From NCBI GenBank assembly GCA_017303955.1, contig JAFLBC010000021.1, positions 79,810 to 104,445 of the forward strand: a DNA stretch of 24,636 nucleotides, read 5' to 3'. Source of the DNA: Acidobacteriota bacterium. Lineage in GTDB: Bacteria; Acidobacteriota; Blastocatellia; Chloracidobacteriales; JADJPF01. A model generated the notes under the pieces. The model saw only the letters and a program-made list of their open reading frames with translations, was not told the DNA's origin and searched no databases. This document shows, piece by piece, positions 17,526 through 24,636 of this stretch. Every line of letters starts with the position of its first letter. Position 1 is the first letter of the stretch. The translations under genes were made by a program, and so were the position numbers.

Positions 17526-17654
17526 CTGACTAAAGTTTATTTTTAGACTACGGTCAGTTTTCTAAAAAAGTTTCTCTACTCTAGCAAAATAAAGCTTTGG
17601 AAGCATCAATAAAAACTATGCTAAACTCAACAAAAACAGCAAAGTAGGTAGGCT

Positions 17655-18032
17655 ATGACAAATAAAGAAATTCAAAAATTAATAGAATTTATTATCACTC
17701 AACAAGCAGAAATGTCTGTAAAACATGCACAGATACTTGATATTCAATTTGAAACTGCAAAAAGACAAGGTGAATATGAAAAACGCCAAGCTGAATTTGA
17801 AATCAAATTTAACAATAAATTAGATGCTTTATTAGATTGGCAAGCAAAATTTAGTATTGATTTAGAAGATTTAAGAAAAGAGACTAAGGAATTTAGAGAC
17901 GACCTTAAAAAAACTAAAGATACCCTTAAAGAAACTAATGATATCCTTAAACAAGTTTCTCATTTGGCTGTTGAAACTTCTGAAAGAGTTGATAAGCTTG
18001 AAGATAAGCTTGAAGATAACGAAAAAGAATAA
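17655..18032 (+). CDS. Small highly charged coiled-coil protein (125 aa), hypothetical
   Basis: Lys/Glu/Asp-rich ORF with heptad-like periodicity (LKETNDILKQV..., VDKLEDKLEDNEKE) and no TM segment. It is divergent from the TetR operon and convergent with the 502-aa ORF. Confidence 0.5.
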   Translation: MTNKEIQKLIEFIITQQAEMSVKHAQILDIQFETAKRQGEYEKRQAEFEIKFNNKLDALLDWQAKFSIDLEDLRKETKEFRDDLKKTKDTLKETNDILKQVSHLAVETSERVDKLEDKLEDNEKE

Positions 18033-18059
18033 TTAAGATATTACCTGCATTGTTAAACT

Positions 18060-19568
18060 CTACGTTATTTTATCTAGTAACCAGGTAGGCCATTCAGATT
18101 CTTTATTCCAAAGTAAATATTCCTTTACATAATCTTGCAACATCACTCTAAAAAAAATAGGCAGTTGAAATTGCCCATTTCCTTTCCAGTAATTTTCCCA
18201 ATAAATCGGAAGAGAAAAATTAAATATTTTGTTAGCTTCCTGGATAATTCGTTGAAATTGATTGGTTTGTATTTGAAGGCTATCCAGGAAATCTTGTTGT
18301 AAAAATTTAATGCCTGATATGTCTGGCTGCCAACAATCAATCTTTTGCTCTCGCTCAATTTTTTGCTCTAAAACCTTCCATTTGTTATTAGCAGTTTTTC
18401 TTAAGACTCCAGCCTTAAAAAGCATTGGCAGCAATTCAATTACTACTTTTTTATTAAAAATAGCTAGCTGAGAGCTTTTTGCTGATAAATAAACCTCAAT
18501 TTCTTGGGCAGTAGCGGATAAATCTGTAATATCAATATTAGTAAAATCACATAATGCGTTAGCTAGGCGTTTAAGATAGATTTTTAAGCTAGTTGAAGGC
18601 TTTACAGATGGACAAGCATTGTCCAAGTCCCAAGAATAATTAAGTTCTGTGCGCCAAATTTCTGGTCTTTGTTGCCACCAGTTTAAGAGTAAAATTAGCA
18701 ATACTACTAGACGTTCTAAAGGTTTTGTTTCTGGAATAATTACTGTAAGTCGTGAACCTTCATTAATTTGCTCTGCATATTCTAGGCATTCTTTTAATAG
18801 CGTAGGCAAATAATTAATTTTTTGAAGAAACTCTGTTGCCAAAGAAACAAAGTTTGATAAATCACATTCAGCAAATAAAGAGCATAAATTTAATTTTCGT
18901 TTTACTCCAAAACAAGTAACAAACTCTAAACTTAATTTATTTTTTAAGTTGGGTAGTTCAGCAATATTAGTAATTTGCTTTAAGTTTGTTGCTACTTGCC
19001 AATAAGATTTTGGTGTAACGGTTAGTCGTTTTTCAAGGTCGTCTTGGCACCAAATAATGATTTTTTCCCGCAGTTTTATTATTGCTATTTTGCAAGCATG
19101 ATGAGGATCTGAGCCTAAATTAAAGTTGTCAAACCAGTCATCAATTGACACTTTTGACCAAAGTTTATTTGGACGATTAACGGCCATATCCAACAGAGCA
19201 GCAGCAGTTCTAGTTGCTGGATCATCTCTAAATAAACTTGGGTCAGCACTATAAATGCTTCCAATCCGAGGCATTCCGCTACGATAAAGCAGACCGGAAA
19301 AGGCTAGCCCAATAAATAAACCTGTAGGCTTTTTGTCTCCATAATCTACTTCACTGTCCTTCCACCTTGGCGCACTTTGGTCAGCTTGAAAATTAATGTC
19401 AATTAAGATTATGTCAGGGTCAATTAATTCTGTTTGAGTGTTAAGCAAATGTTGGGCAGTTGTCCAAGTGTCAATATGCAGTAAATCTAGATCATCTGCT
19501 CTTAAAACAGGATAAGAAATATAGTCATTTACATCATCGATTAATAGAATTTGTAGCTTATCACTCAT
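18060..19568 (-). CDS. Hypothetical 502-aa protein with an N-terminal receiver (REC)-like region; no recognised family
   Basis: The N-terminus LQILLIDDVND ... DIILIDINF ... GLFIGLAFSG resembles receiver-domain beta1 (acidic pair), beta3 (phospho-acceptor Asp position) and beta4. The remaining ~380 aa has no motif I recognise. It starts 6 nt after the 697-aa ORF stops, consistent with co-transcription. Confidence 0.55.
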   Translation of the reverse strand: MSDKLQILLIDDVNDYISYPVLRADDLDLLHIDTWTTAQHLLNTQTELIDPDIILIDINFQADQSAPRWKDSEVDYGDKKPTGLFIGLAFSGLLYRSGMPRIGSIYSADPSLFRDDPATRTAAALLDMAVNRPNKLWSKVSIDDWFDNFNLGSDPHHACKIAIIKLREKIIIWCQDDLEKRLTVTPKSYWQVATNLKQITNIAELPNLKNKLSLEFVTCFGVKRKLNLCSLFAECDLSNFVSLATEFLQKINYLPTLLKECLEYAEQINEGSRLTVIIPETKPLERLVVLLILLLNWWQQRPEIWRTELNYSWDLDNACPSVKPSTSLKIYLKRLANALCDFTNIDITDLSATAQEIEVYLSAKSSQLAIFNKKVVIELLPMLFKAGVLRKTANNKWKVLEQKIEREQKIDCWQPDISGIKFLQQDFLDSLQIQTNQFQRIIQEANKIFNFSLPIYWENYWKGNGQFQLPIFFRVMLQDYVKEYLLWNKESEWPTWLLDKIT

Positions 19569-19574
19569 AAATTT

Positions 19575-21668
19575 TTATTTTTGGAAAACAAGCTGAGGAC
19601 GAAATCTTATAGCAATAGAATGGTAATTTGATGGTGATTTATCTACAAGCAAAAATTCAACTAACTTTTTTTCTTCTCCTTTATCATTGCGAAATACAAA
19701 ACAGGAAAGCAAGTTTTGAGTTCTTTTTAGCCCATCGGAAAGTTCTGTTGGCTTTTCGTCCCCTGCTACAGGGTTAGAAATCAGTAATTCATAAAATTCA
19801 TCCTCTTCTAAAATTAAAGAAAACTTTATATCAATAATGTAATTGATTAAATCTTTTGACTTTAAGAAAAATTTCTTGTTTTGTTCTAGTTGTTTAACTA
19901 AATATTGGATTGCATTACCTAAAATCTCATGTATTCCTACTAGAAATAATGAGGTTGCCTCTATGCTAAATGGTGGAAATACAGGTATTTCTGCTAAATT
20001 GCTATTTTGTTCTAGTTTTGGACATAAACAATCATTTGATTTGCTACACTCAGCTTTATGAAAAATAATAGCAATACTACTAGAGTTAATTAGAGAGAAT
20101 AATAAATGCTGAATAATTTCTTGAATGGTTTTGCGCCAAAGGTCAGCAAACTCTTGTAAGTTAAAAGCATTAGTGTTATTAATAAGTTTTAATAAGTAAG
20201 TTTTAGGATTATCAAATTTTGTTACAGTTCTAATTGCATCTGTAAGATGATAAAGCTCTTGTAGGACGGCGCAAGTATAAAGCACTTCAGCCTTTTCTAT
20301 CGGCTCATTATTTAGGCTTTTAGCATAAAGAACGCGGTAACGACTCCGCCGGCTTAAGGTGTTCATAATTTCATGAGTTAAGCCTTGAGTAAGAAAATAT
20401 TGTTCTTTAATAATAATTGCTGCTGTTCGGGAAAGTTTTTCTCTAAATTGTGCTTCCCAATATTCTTCTTGACCAGGTAGATTTAACTTTACACCTGGAC
20501 AATTTCTGTAAATTACTAAATCAAAACCAAAGGCTTTTTTAAGTAAATAAGCATCTTTATGTCTGTTTAGATTAAAAATTATTGTTGCTGTAGAGTTGCT
20601 ATCTTCTTCAATTATCAGGAGTTTTGATTTTTCTGTACTAGATTCTGATATTGGTAAGGACGCTAAATTGTTTTCTTTTTTTTCTACTGAAAAATGAAGA
20701 GCTAAAGAGTTTTCTCTAAAAAATAAAATTTCTTCTGCAATCCATAAATGAGAAAAAACATTTGCAACGTTTTTCATTCTTTCCAAAGCATCTGTGTGTT
20801 TAGAAATAGCGTCTTCAAGTAGAAAAATAAAAACATCTATTAAATTAATAGAGTAAATTTCCTCAATTGCTAAAATTAATGATTCAGGAGGCGACTTTCT
20901 AACTAATCTAAGATGCTCTTTTAACTGCTTATTTTTAGGACAGATCCAGCCAGCCATAGCTCGCCATTGTGCTAAACCTCTTAGCGGTAACAAAATAGGA
21001 ATAAATGCGCTAGGCAGAATTTTGGAAAATGAAGATAGTCGTGCATAAAGATATTCTGCTAGGTAAATATGCAAATTTTCTGCTGTTATAAGATTGTTTT
21101 GAACTGTGTAATTTAATAATGCAATTAAATTAGAATACTTAATTTGTTTATATTGGTTAGGATTGTTATTTTTATTTAAGTTTGCTATATCCAATAGAGC
21201 TTGAAAACTAAAAGGAGTTTTACGATGACTACTACTAATTAAAAGAGCTTCAGCAGAAATAATATATCCAACCGCGCCGCCTATAAGTTCTAAGTGAAAT
21301 CCTAAATTTTCTTCACTTCCAACACCATCACCAATTTCAAGCAATTTACATAAGTCACTGGTTGGATCCAATATTTTGCTAGCAAGCTCAATTAAAGCTT
21401 GATGATTATTATCTACATTTTTGTAATTTTCTTGCCAATAAAGATAGATATTTTTTTTGATTTTTTCAGCACATTCTTTGGTGTTAGAGTTAGTTTGATA
21501 GCCTGTATCCCAGAACTGAATTTTGTCAGATAGAGGATTAAAACTTCTTTGTTGGGTAAGAAAAAAATGTTGTAGCTTAGGGGTAAAATGTTGCAATGTC
21601 CAAACTAGTAAATCAAAGCAGCGTTTTTGAATCGCTTCTGCATTTAATTTTGCTTCTAAACTTAGCAT
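19575..21668 (-). CDS. Hypothetical 697-aa protein; no recognised family
   Basis: Long uninterrupted ORF, Asn/Lys/Ile/Leu-rich. It has one short motif, HEILGNAIQY, reminiscent of a GHKL/histidine-kinase N-box, but no G1/G2 boxes are evident. It is the upstream partner of the 502-aa ORF. Confidence 0.55.
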   Translation of the reverse strand: MLSLEAKLNAEAIQKRCFDLLVWTLQHFTPKLQHFFLTQQRSFNPLSDKIQFWDTGYQTNSNTKECAEKIKKNIYLYWQENYKNVDNNHQALIELASKILDPTSDLCKLLEIGDGVGSEENLGFHLELIGGAVGYIISAEALLISSSHRKTPFSFQALLDIANLNKNNNPNQYKQIKYSNLIALLNYTVQNNLITAENLHIYLAEYLYARLSSFSKILPSAFIPILLPLRGLAQWRAMAGWICPKNKQLKEHLRLVRKSPPESLILAIEEIYSINLIDVFIFLLEDAISKHTDALERMKNVANVFSHLWIAEEILFFRENSLALHFSVEKKENNLASLPISESSTEKSKLLIIEEDSNSTATIIFNLNRHKDAYLLKKAFGFDLVIYRNCPGVKLNLPGQEEYWEAQFREKLSRTAAIIIKEQYFLTQGLTHEIMNTLSRRSRYRVLYAKSLNNEPIEKAEVLYTCAVLQELYHLTDAIRTVTKFDNPKTYLLKLINNTNAFNLQEFADLWRKTIQEIIQHLLFSLINSSSIAIIFHKAECSKSNDCLCPKLEQNSNLAEIPVFPPFSIEATSLFLVGIHEILGNAIQYLVKQLEQNKKFFLKSKDLINYIIDIKFSLILEEDEFYELLISNPVAGDEKPTELSDGLKRTQNLLSCFVFRNDKGEEKKLVEFLLVDKSPSNYHSIAIRFRPQLVFQK

Positions 21669-21688
21669 TGCTTTTATGTTTGGAGCTT

Positions 21689-21717
21689 AGGGATTTTCAT
21701 ATTGTATAAAAATCCCT
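21689..21717 (-). other. Stable 9-bp-stem hairpin in the 61-nt spacer between the M28 peptidase gene and the 697-aa ORF
   Basis: AGGGATTTT (21689-21697) pairs with AAAATCCCT (21709-21717) around an 11-nt loop. There is no U-tract after it on the minus-strand transcript. It may be a partial terminator, an RNA processing or stability element, or a protein-binding site. Confidence 0.4.
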
Positions 21718-21729
21718 AATGTTAATTAA

Positions 21730-23349
21730 TTAATCGCGTTCACGAGTATATGCGTCTGGCAATGGGTTATCTACAACAGGACGAGATGCGCGATTAGCTA
21801 AATCTAATGTAGTCATATAGATAGTACGGGTGACTTTTTCCATTTTTTGATAATCTATTTTATCAGGGCTATCTGAGGGTTTATGATAATCTTCATGAAC
21901 TCCATTAAAGTAGAAAATAATTGGGATACCTTTTCTAGCATAATTATAATGATCGCTACGATAGAAAAATCTATTAGGGTCATTTGGATCATCATAAGTG
22001 TAATTAAATTTTAATTTTAAGTATGAGTTATTTACCGATTCGCTAACTTGGCCTAGTTCGCTACTCATTAGCTTTGAGCCAATTACATAAATTTCATCTG
22101 GGCCGGAAAGCTCTTTATTAGCTGGTTTAGTGTCGTTTGGTTCTTTGCTACGACCAATCATATCAATATTTAATTGTGTAATGATTTGATTAAGCGGTAC
22201 AGTTGGGAATTTCATTAAATAGCGTGAACCAAGTAAGCCTTTTTCCTCTCCACAATGCCAAACAAACATTATTGAACGTTTAGGGCGTGACGGCGCGTGA
22301 GAAAAGGCTTCTGCAAGTTGTAGAACTGCTACTGTGCCTGACCCATCATCATCAGCACCATTATAGATTTTATCTCCATTTACAGGCGAGCCTACACCAA
22401 CATGGTCATAATGTGCGCCAATGGCTACATACTCATTTTTTAGTGTTGGATCGCTACCTTCTAAAATTGCAATTACATTTTGAGAGACTTCTTTTTCAGC
22501 TTTAACAGCTATTTTTAAGGAGATTTTTTTGTCTTGTTTTAATTCAAAAGGGGCAATTGTTTGGCTAACATCACGAAAAATACTATTAGCTGATTGGGAT
22601 TCTTCGCTAAACATTTTTATTAGTAATTTTGGGGAAGGGCTTATCACAGGTAAGGAAAAAGATTTTTCTTCTAATTTTTCAAAAATTGTTTGTCCTTGTT
22701 CTTCAAAATAAGAAACAGTTCTATCCCAACTAGCTAAACTTTCAAAACTTGGAATTAGGATAACTGCTTTACCACCATTTTTTTCTATATAATCAAAAGG
22801 CTCAAACCAATCTTCTCCTTCATTTCCTGTTAGGTCATTATAGCTAAGACCTTGTGGAAAACCATTGGAGATAACAACAATTTTGTCTTTAATATCAAGG
22901 TTTTGATAAGGGTTGATATTTTTAGATTTAATTACCCAGCCATGACTTGCAAAAACAAGAGGTGCTGTTAAATCTGTTTCATTAGGAAAAGCAAAAAAAT
23001 CTTCTCCTAACTTAAAGCTCTGACCTCCAAATGTTACAGAACTATTAACACGGTCTGTTTTGTTACGACGTATTTGGATTTTTTGAAAATATGAACCATT
23101 GTCCCCACCAGGCTTTAAGCCCCACATAGAAAGGTTCATAGCCAAAAACTTGGCCGTCATATTTAACCCTTTAGATGGTGTGTCTCGTCCTTCCATCTCA
23201 TCAGAAGCAATAAAATAAAGATAATCTTTCATTGCTGAAGCATTAATTTTATCTACTCCTGTAGCCCCAGGATTTTGCGCTAACACAGAATTTAGCGGGC
23301 TAAGTAACAAGCAAAATAATATTAAATTGAGTAAAAATTTTTTCATCAA
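21730..23349 (-). CDS. Secreted M28-family zinc aminopeptidase (539 aa) with signal peptide
   Basis: Signal peptide MMKKFLLNLILFCLLLSPLNSVLAQ. M28 metal-ligand and catalytic motifs AHYDHVG, GADDDGSG, HCGEEKGLLGS, NIDMIG and SDHYNY. A strong SD (aggggaa) lies upstream. Confidence 0.85.
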   Translation of the reverse strand: MMKKFLLNLILFCLLLSPLNSVLAQNPGATGVDKINASAMKDYLYFIASDEMEGRDTPSKGLNMTAKFLAMNLSMWGLKPGGDNGSYFQKIQIRRNKTDRVNSSVTFGGQSFKLGEDFFAFPNETDLTAPLVFASHGWVIKSKNINPYQNLDIKDKIVVISNGFPQGLSYNDLTGNEGEDWFEPFDYIEKNGGKAVILIPSFESLASWDRTVSYFEEQGQTIFEKLEEKSFSLPVISPSPKLLIKMFSEESQSANSIFRDVSQTIAPFELKQDKKISLKIAVKAEKEVSQNVIAILEGSDPTLKNEYVAIGAHYDHVGVGSPVNGDKIYNGADDDGSGTVAVLQLAEAFSHAPSRPKRSIMFVWHCGEEKGLLGSRYLMKFPTVPLNQIITQLNIDMIGRSKEPNDTKPANKELSGPDEIYVIGSKLMSSELGQVSESVNNSYLKLKFNYTYDDPNDPNRFFYRSDHYNYARKGIPIIFYFNGVHEDYHKPSDSPDKIDYQKMEKVTRTIYMTTLDLANRASRPVVDNPLPDAYTRERD

Positions 23350-23399
23350 TCAATTCCCCTAAGTTCTTACTATAAAATTAATTAGCTAGTAAATAATTT

Positions 23400-24287
23400 T
23401 TATTGGCGGCTAGCAATATTGCTTAAAAATTCTAATAGAGCATCTAAAACTTTTTCTGGGGCTTCTATTTGTGGATAATGGCCTATATTATGTAATGGTA
23501 CTACATCAGGATTTGGAATCAATTCACGATACCGATCAGCCATTGCTTGCCCAGAAGTAGGTGCAAACATCCCATTAATTAAGCGTAAAGGAACTTTGGT
23601 TGTTTGCATTGCTCCTACCCAACGATTACGAAACTTTTTTCTTTCTTCTAAATAACGGATGATTTTATGTGCTGCTGCTGTCCCATTATTGTATTTTAAG
23701 AGTTGCCAGTAATTATCTACTTCTCTTTCTGTTGGCTTAGTATTTGGGCCAAACATTGCTATAAAACCTTTCTTAAATTGCCCTTCAGAAATTAATTTAC
23801 TAAAAATTGCGCCTAATGGACTCATCAATAATTTTTGAATTAGTAAAGCTTGGTGTGCTTCAGGAAACATTCCACCATTAAGAAAACAAATCCCTTTTAT
23901 TTCAAAACCTGCTTGGTTATTTTTTTTTCGATCTTCATAACGGGCTAATAATTCTTGTGTAATAGTATCACCATAATCTTGAGCTAAAATATAAGCTTGC
24001 TTTACTTCTAAACACCTAAGCAATGTTTCGTGTAGTGTAGTTTGATAATCAATAGAATAAACATCTTCAGCAGGTTTATCAGAGAAACCAAAACCTAGCA
24101 TATCAGGAGCAATAACTCTGAAACGCTTGGTTAATTCGGGCCATAAAAGATGCCAATCCCAAGACGAAGTTGGAAAACCATGAATACAGATTAAAATATC
24201 TTCTCCTTGACCATCATCACGATAAAAGACCGTGTGGCTACCATATTTAAGGTATCCACCTTCATTTTTCCAATCTTCTAACTTCAT
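23400..24287 (-). CDS. Alpha/beta-fold hydrolase, epoxide hydrolase/haloalkane dehalogenase-like subfamily (Asp nucleophile), 295 aa
   Basis: Oxyanion-hole HGFP motif (HGFPTSSWDW), nucleophile-elbow sm-x-D-x-G (LAQDYGDT) with Asp in place of Ser, and a C-terminal catalytic His (NIGHYPQIE). SD agaaggaaaa upstream. Confidence 0.75.
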   Translation of the reverse strand: MKLEDWKNEGGYLKYGSHTVFYRDDGQGEDILICIHGFPTSSWDWHLLWPELTKRFRVIAPDMLGFGFSDKPAEDVYSIDYQTTLHETLLRCLEVKQAYILAQDYGDTITQELLARYEDRKKNNQAGFEIKGICFLNGGMFPEAHQALLIQKLLMSPLGAIFSKLISEGQFKKGFIAMFGPNTKPTEREVDNYWQLLKYNNGTAAAHKIIRYLEERKKFRNRWVGAMQTTKVPLRLINGMFAPTSGQAMADRYRELIPNPDVVPLHNIGHYPQIEAPEKVLDALLEFLSNIASRQ

Positions 24288-24460
24288 TAGTTTTTCCTTC
24301 TATTAATTATCAAGAGAGTAAAGCAAATTTAACTTTTTTTACTATTTTTTTGCAATAACGAGATTACAGTTATTTAGGATTACTATAGTGATCCCCAATG
24401 TCAAGGCACCAAAATCATCTATTTAAGATAGTAAGAAAATAAAAATTATCAACAAAATTT

Positions 24461-24543
24461 AAAATCATCATCATTTTCTTTTTCGCTTTTAAATCAATCA
24501 TCATCAAAAAATCATCATCAAAAAATCATCATCAAAAAATCAG
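24461..24543. repeat. Tandem direct repeats of a 14-nt unit AAAAAATCATCATC (about 3.8 copies at 24491..24543) plus a related copy at 24461..24477
   Basis: Read directly from the sequence. Full copies at 24506-24519 and 24520-24533, a variant copy at 24491-24505 (AAATCAATCATCATC), and a truncated fourth copy (AAAAAATCAG). The array is non-coding and lies upstream of an ORF start at 24585. Confidence 0.8.
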
Positions 24544-24584
24544 GTAAAATAAACAGCAGAAGGAGTAAGGTAGTCAAGAGATTG

Positions 24585-24636
24585 ATGAGGACGTTGAAAG
24601 TTATAAGAAGAAAAGTAACGAGAAATACCACTAACA
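24585..24636 (+). CDS. Start of an ORF running off the window end (MRTLKVIRRKVTRNTTN...); identity unknown, possibly mobile-element related
   Basis: The ATG at 24585 is preceded by aaggag / agaga SD-like sequences and remains open to the end of the window. Only 17 codons are visible. Confidence 0.2.
   Translation, partial: MRTLKVIRRKVTRNTTN

Noticed and set aside
18143-18358. 71-aa minus-strand ORF in another frame of the 502-aa gene
   Set aside because: It overlaps the longer ORF on the same strand in a different frame. The long ORF is more plausible, but because that gene has no family assignment the shorter frame cannot be excluded with total certainty.
19843-20061. 72-aa + strand ORF antisense to the 697-aa gene
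   Set aside because: Short, antisense and Cys/Ser-rich low-complexity product. Likely spurious.
22287-22711. Two + strand ORFs (72 aa and 60 aa) antisense to the M28 peptidase gene
   Set aside because: They lie inside a gene with complete M28 catalytic motifs on the opposite strand. The His-rich product of the first is an antisense artefact of the DDDGSG/HYDHVG-coding region.
1-24636. CRISPR arrays, tRNA/rRNA genes, or integrase/transposase genes within the window
   Set aside because: No regularly spaced 25-40-nt direct repeats, no tRNA-like cloverleaf candidates I could spot, and no recombinase-like ORFs. The only short tandem repeats are the 14-nt units at 24461..24543, which lack spacers and are not CRISPR-like.

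Overview
AT-rich bacterial chromosomal window (roughly one-third GC by eye) that falls into four blocks.

- Block 1 (1..6367, + strand): the distal half of a complex I operon, nuoH (3' end only), nuoJ, nuoK, nuoL, nuoM, nuoN. There is no nuoI between nuoH and nuoJ. NuoL carries a His/Asp-rich insertion. The operon ends in a bidirectional rho-independent terminator.
- Block 2 (6368..10930): a minus-strand trio of small proteins of unknown function (small membrane protein, TPR-like protein, zinc-ribbon membrane protein). It lies divergent from a 970-aa secreted protein built of seven ~100-aa beta-sandwich-like repeats plus an FN3-like C-terminal region. That gene also ends in a strong bidirectional terminator.
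- Block 3 (10931..17505, minus strand): a tightly packed five-gene operon. It encodes a TetR regulator, an 886-aa PEP-utilising phosphotransferase with the domain layout of rifampin phosphotransferase, a HlyD membrane fusion protein, an ABC ATPase and an ABC-2 permease. I read it as a candidate xenobiotic inactivation-plus-efflux cassette.
- Block 4 (17506..24636): an accessory-looking region. It holds a small coiled-coil protein and two large adjacent ORFs (697 aa and 502 aa, 6 nt apart) with no family I recognise; the 502-aa protein starts with a receiver (REC)-like motif pattern. These are followed by a secreted M28 metallopeptidase and an Asp-nucleophile alpha/beta hydrolase. The window ends in a 14-nt tandem repeat array and the start of an ORF running off the window, possibly a mobile-element boundary.

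The 697/502-aa pair is the best candidate for an undescribed two-component-like or defence module. No rRNA, tRNA or CRISPR array was seen.
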